Origin: Mycolicibacterium smegmatis
GTDB taxonomy: Bacteria > Actinomycetota > Actinomycetes > Mycobacteriales > Mycobacteriaceae
Direction: 5' to 3'
NCBI RefSeq assembly: GCF_001457595.1
Contig: NZ_LN831039.1
Coordinates: forward strand, 1,800,001 to 1,832,000
Length of the DNA stretch: 32,000 bases
Below the pieces are notes generated by a model. That model saw nothing but the letters and a program-made list of their open reading frames with translations, did not search any database and was not told the DNA's origin. The translations under genes were made by a program, and so were the position numbers. Below, one piece after another: positions 29,391 through 32,000 of this stretch; position 1 is the first letter of the stretch, and each line of letters begins with the position of its first letter.

Positions 29391-30776
29391 CTAGAGCCTG
29401 TTGCCGGCCTCGGTGAGGACGTTGTGCAGGATGTCGTAGATCGCGTCGAACTCGGCCTGACCGCTGATCAGCGGCGGCGCGAGCTGCACGACTGGGTCGC
29501 CACGGTCGTCGGCGCGGCAGTACAGACCGGCCTCCCACAGGGCGGGGGTGAGGAACCCGCGCAGCAGACGCTCGGACTCTTCGTCGTTGAACGTCTCCTT
29601 GGTGGTCTTGTCCTTCACCAGCTCGATGCCGTAGAAGAAGCCCTCACCGCGGACGTCACCGACGATCGGCAGGTCGTAGAGCTTCTCCAGCGTCGCGCGG
29701 AAGGCCGGAGCCATGGTCTTGACGTGGTCGTTGATGCCCTCACGCTCGAAGATGTCGAGGTTGGCCATCGCGACAGCGGCCGAAACCGGGTGCCCGCCAA
29801 AGGTGTAGCCGTGCCCGAACACGGTCTTGCCGTCGTTGAACGGCTCGAACAGCCGGTCGCTGGCGACCATCGCGCCCAGCGGCGAGTAGCCCGACGTCAG
29901 GCCCTTGGCGCTGGTGATGATGTCGGGAACGTAACCGAAGTCGTTGCACGCGAACATCGATCCGATCCGGCCGTAGGCACAGATCACCTCGTCGGAGACC
30001 AGCAGCACGTCGTACTCGTCGCAGATCTCGCGGACACGCTCGAAGTACCCGGGCGGCGGCGGGAAGCAGCCACCGGCGTTCTGCACGGGCTCGAGGAACA
30101 CCGCGGCGACGGTGTCGGGGCCCTCGAACTCGATGGCCTCGGCGATCCGGTCGGCGCAGTAGCGGCCGAAAGCCTTTTCGTCGTGGGCATATTCGGCAGG
30201 TGCACGGTAGAAGTTGGTGTTCGGTGCGCGGAACCCGCCGGGGGTCAGCGGCTCGAACGGCGCCTTGAAGGCCGGGATGCCGGTGATCGCCAGCGCACCC
30301 TGCGGCGTGCCGTGGTAGGCGATCGAGCGCGAGACGACCTTGTGCTTGCCGGGCTTGCCGGTCAGCTTGAAGTACTGCTTGGCCAGCTTCCACGCGCTCT
30401 CGACGGCCTCGCCGCCGCCGGTGGTGAAGAAGACGCGGTTGAGGTCGCCCGGTGCGAAACTCGCGACGCGCTCGGCCAGTTCGATGGCAGGCGGGGTGGC
30501 GTAGGACCACAGCGGGAAGAACGACAGCTTCTCGGCCTGCTTGGCGGCGGCCTCGGCGAGTTCCTTGCGGCCGTGGCCGACCTGGACGACGAACAGGCCG
30601 CTCAGGCCGTCGATGTAGCTCTTGCCGGAGTCGTCGAAGATCTTGACGCCCTCGCCGCGCGTGATGATCGGCGGGGTGATGCCGTCACCATGGCGGGCGA
30701 AGTGGCCCCACAGGTGCCGGTTCGCCTTGGCGCCGAGGTCCGTCGGCGCTGTTTGAGTGATATCTGCGGTTGTCAT
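29391..30776 (-). CDS. Class III PLP-dependent aminotransferase (Rv3329-like; putrescine/GABA/omega-amino acid type)
   Basis: FTTGGGEAVESAWKLAKQY, YHGTPQGALAITGIP, LLVSDEVICAYGRIGSMFACNDFGYVPDIITSAKGLTSGYSPLGAM, GHGYTFGGHPVSAAVAMANLD; ATGA overlap with the Lrp gene. Confidence 0.93.
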   Translation of the reverse strand: MTTADITQTAPTDLGAKANRHLWGHFARHGDGITPPIITRGEGVKIFDDSGKSYIDGLSGLFVVQVGHGRKELAEAAAKQAEKLSFFPLWSYATPPAIELAERVASFAPGDLNRVFFTTGGGEAVESAWKLAKQYFKLTGKPGKHKVVSRSIAYHGTPQGALAITGIPAFKAPFEPLTPGGFRAPNTNFYRAPAEYAHDEKAFGRYCADRIAEAIEFEGPDTVAAVFLEPVQNAGGCFPPPPGYFERVREICDEYDVLLVSDEVICAYGRIGSMFACNDFGYVPDIITSAKGLTSGYSPLGAMVASDRLFEPFNDGKTVFGHGYTFGGHPVSAAVAMANLDIFEREGINDHVKTMAPAFRATLEKLYDLPIVGDVRGEGFFYGIELVKDKTTKETFNDEESERLLRGFLTPALWEAGLYCRADDRGDPVVQLAPPLISGQAEFDAIYDILHNVLTEAGNRL

Positions 30777-31291
30777 CTGGTTCCCCAATTGTATTGCTGT
30801 TTAACAAGTTTCAAATAAACGAGGGTCTCGGTGGATATCACTCCCGGTAATGCGCGAATCTTGGTGTTGAGTAGTTCCAGCAGGCTATCGTCGTCCTCGC
30901 AGACAACCTCGACGATCGCGTCGAACGAGCCCGCGGTCAGCACCACGTAGTCGACGGATTCGATCTGGGCGAGTTTCTCGGCCAGCTTGGTGGTGTCGCC
31001 GGTGCAACGGATCCCGATCATCGCCTGACGCGCGAAGCCCAACTGCAACGGGTCGGTGACCGCGACGATCTGCATGACGCCGGCGTCGACCATGCGTTGC
31101 ACACGCTGTCGCACGGCGGCCTCGGACAGGCCGACGGCCTTGCCGATGCCGGCGTAGGACCGCCTGCCGTCGGCCTGCAGCTTCTCGATGATTGCCTTGG
31201 ACAATTCATCGAGCTGAAATGCACCGGGACGAGAATGGTTCACCCGTAGCGACGGCACGGGTGCCAGCTCGTGACCATCGGGGTTGGTCAT
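30773..31291 (-). CDS. Lrp/AsnC family transcriptional regulator
   Basis: LDELSKAIIEKLQADGRRSYAGIGKAVGLSEAAVRQRVQRMVDAGVMQIVAVTDPLQLGFARQAMIGI, ending in a C-terminal ligand-binding domain. Confidence 0.93.
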   Translation of the reverse strand: MTNPDGHELAPVPSLRVNHSRPGAFQLDELSKAIIEKLQADGRRSYAGIGKAVGLSEAAVRQRVQRMVDAGVMQIVAVTDPLQLGFARQAMIGIRCTGDTTKLAEKLAQIESVDYVVLTAGSFDAIVEVVCEDDDSLLELLNTKIRALPGVISTETLVYLKLVKQQYNWGTR

Positions 31292-31368
31292 GCCACGATT
31301 GTGCACGGAATCCGTTGTTTGGGGCAACAGTATCGATGAAATCGCTCGTTTGAAGGCACCTCGACTGC

Positions 31369-31390
31369 GGGATTGCGTAGGGATTGCGTA
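31369..31390. repeat. Perfect tandem 11-bp direct repeat GGGATTGCGTA x2 in the Lrp / aldehyde dehydrogenase divergent promoter
   Basis: GGGATTGCGTA|GGGATTGCGTA at 31369-31379 and 31380-31390. Confidence 0.7.
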
Positions 31391-31424
31391 GCCGAACCGG
31401 GCTCCGATCGGTTAGCGTTGGCCC

Positions 31425-32000
31425 ATGAGTGTGGCAGTAAAAGTCGCGAGCAGTTGGATCAATGGTGCCTCGGTGGAGACCTCCGGGGAAACCCACCAGA
31501 TCATCGACCCGGCAACGGGCAAATCGGTCTCCGAGTACAACCTGGCCACCGCGGCCGACGTGGACACCGCCGTCGCCGCTGCACGCGCCGCATTTCCCGC
31601 GTGGGCGGGCGCAACCCCGGCCGAGCGTTCGGCCGTTCTGGCGAAGCTGGCCAAGCTGGCCGACGAGCACGCCGAGCAGTTCGTGGCCGAAGAGGTCAGC
31701 CAGACCGGCAAACCCGTCCGCCTGGCCACTGAGTTCGACGTACCCGGCAGCGTCGACAACATCGATTTCTTTGCCGGCGCGGCCCGGCACCTCGAAGGCA
31801 AGGCGACCGCCGAATACTCCGGTGACCACACGTCGAGCATCCGCCGCGAGGCCGTCGGTGTGGTCGCGACCATCACCCCGTGGAACTACCCGCTGCAGAT
31901 GGCCGTGTGGAAGGTGATCCCGGCACTGGCCGCGGGCTGCGCCGTGGTGATCAAACCCGCCGAGATCACGCCGCTGACCACACTGACCCTGGCCAGGCTG
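31425..32000 (+). CDS. Aldehyde dehydrogenase, gamma-aminobutyraldehyde dehydrogenase-like (3' truncated by window)
   Basis: ATG 31425: MSVAVKVASSWINGASVETSGETHQIIDPATGKSVSEYNLATAADVDTAVAAARAAFPAWAG...VATITPWNYPLQMAVWKVIPALAAGCAVVIKPAEITPLTTLTLARL; open to window end. Confidence 0.92.
   Translation, partial: MSVAVKVASSWINGASVETSGETHQIIDPATGKSVSEYNLATAADVDTAVAAARAAFPAWAGATPAERSAVLAKLAKLADEHAEQFVAEEVSQTGKPVRLATEFDVPGSVDNIDFFAGAARHLEGKATAEYSGDHTSSIRREAVGVVATITPWNYPLQMAVWKVIPALAAGCAVVIKPAEITPLTTLTLARL

Noticed and set aside
29424-30818. 464-aa plus-strand ORF
   Set aside because: Antisense to the aminotransferase; no domain evidence.

Overview
High-GC actinobacterial chromosome, almost certainly Mycolicibacterium (Mycobacterium) smegmatis or a close relative. 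Gene order resembles M. tuberculosis Rv3368c-Rv3329. Left to right: nitroreductase 3' end; TrmL-like methylase; a conservon-type operon (NIT/HAMP sensor kinase, roadblock, DUF742, small GTPase mfpB) ending in the pentapeptide-repeat gyrase modulator mfpA; an Rv1747-like double-FHA ABC transporter; PQQ-like and membrane proteins; an Old Yellow Enzyme; folD-DUF3017; an accessory block with macrolide methylase erm(38), a TetR regulator and an FAD monooxygenase; methyltransferase-metX-metY; icd2; a hydrolase; xthA-like; trpS; a YihY-family protein; a SugE/Gdx-type SMR exporter; a nitronate monooxygenase; dacB1; and an Lrp/aminotransferase/aldehyde dehydrogenase group. I found no completely new system. 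The best non-coding or under-annotated signals are: (1) a putative leaderless 19-aa leader peptide (MSITSMAAPVAAFIRPRTA, with a +X+ motif), attenuator hairpins and a WhiB7-type promoter upstream of erm(38); (2) the erm(38) C-terminal extension, which is entirely antisense to the DUF3017 gene and the folD 3' end; (3) a SAM-IV riboswitch plus a candidate uORF upstream of metY; (4) a guanidine-III (ykkC-III) riboswitch upstream of the SMR exporter; (5) four CACA-type half-sites at exact 9-nt spacing (MtrA-box-like) upstream of dacB1; (6) three large, nearly perfect terminator-like hairpins. All family names come from reading motifs by eye; no searches were run.
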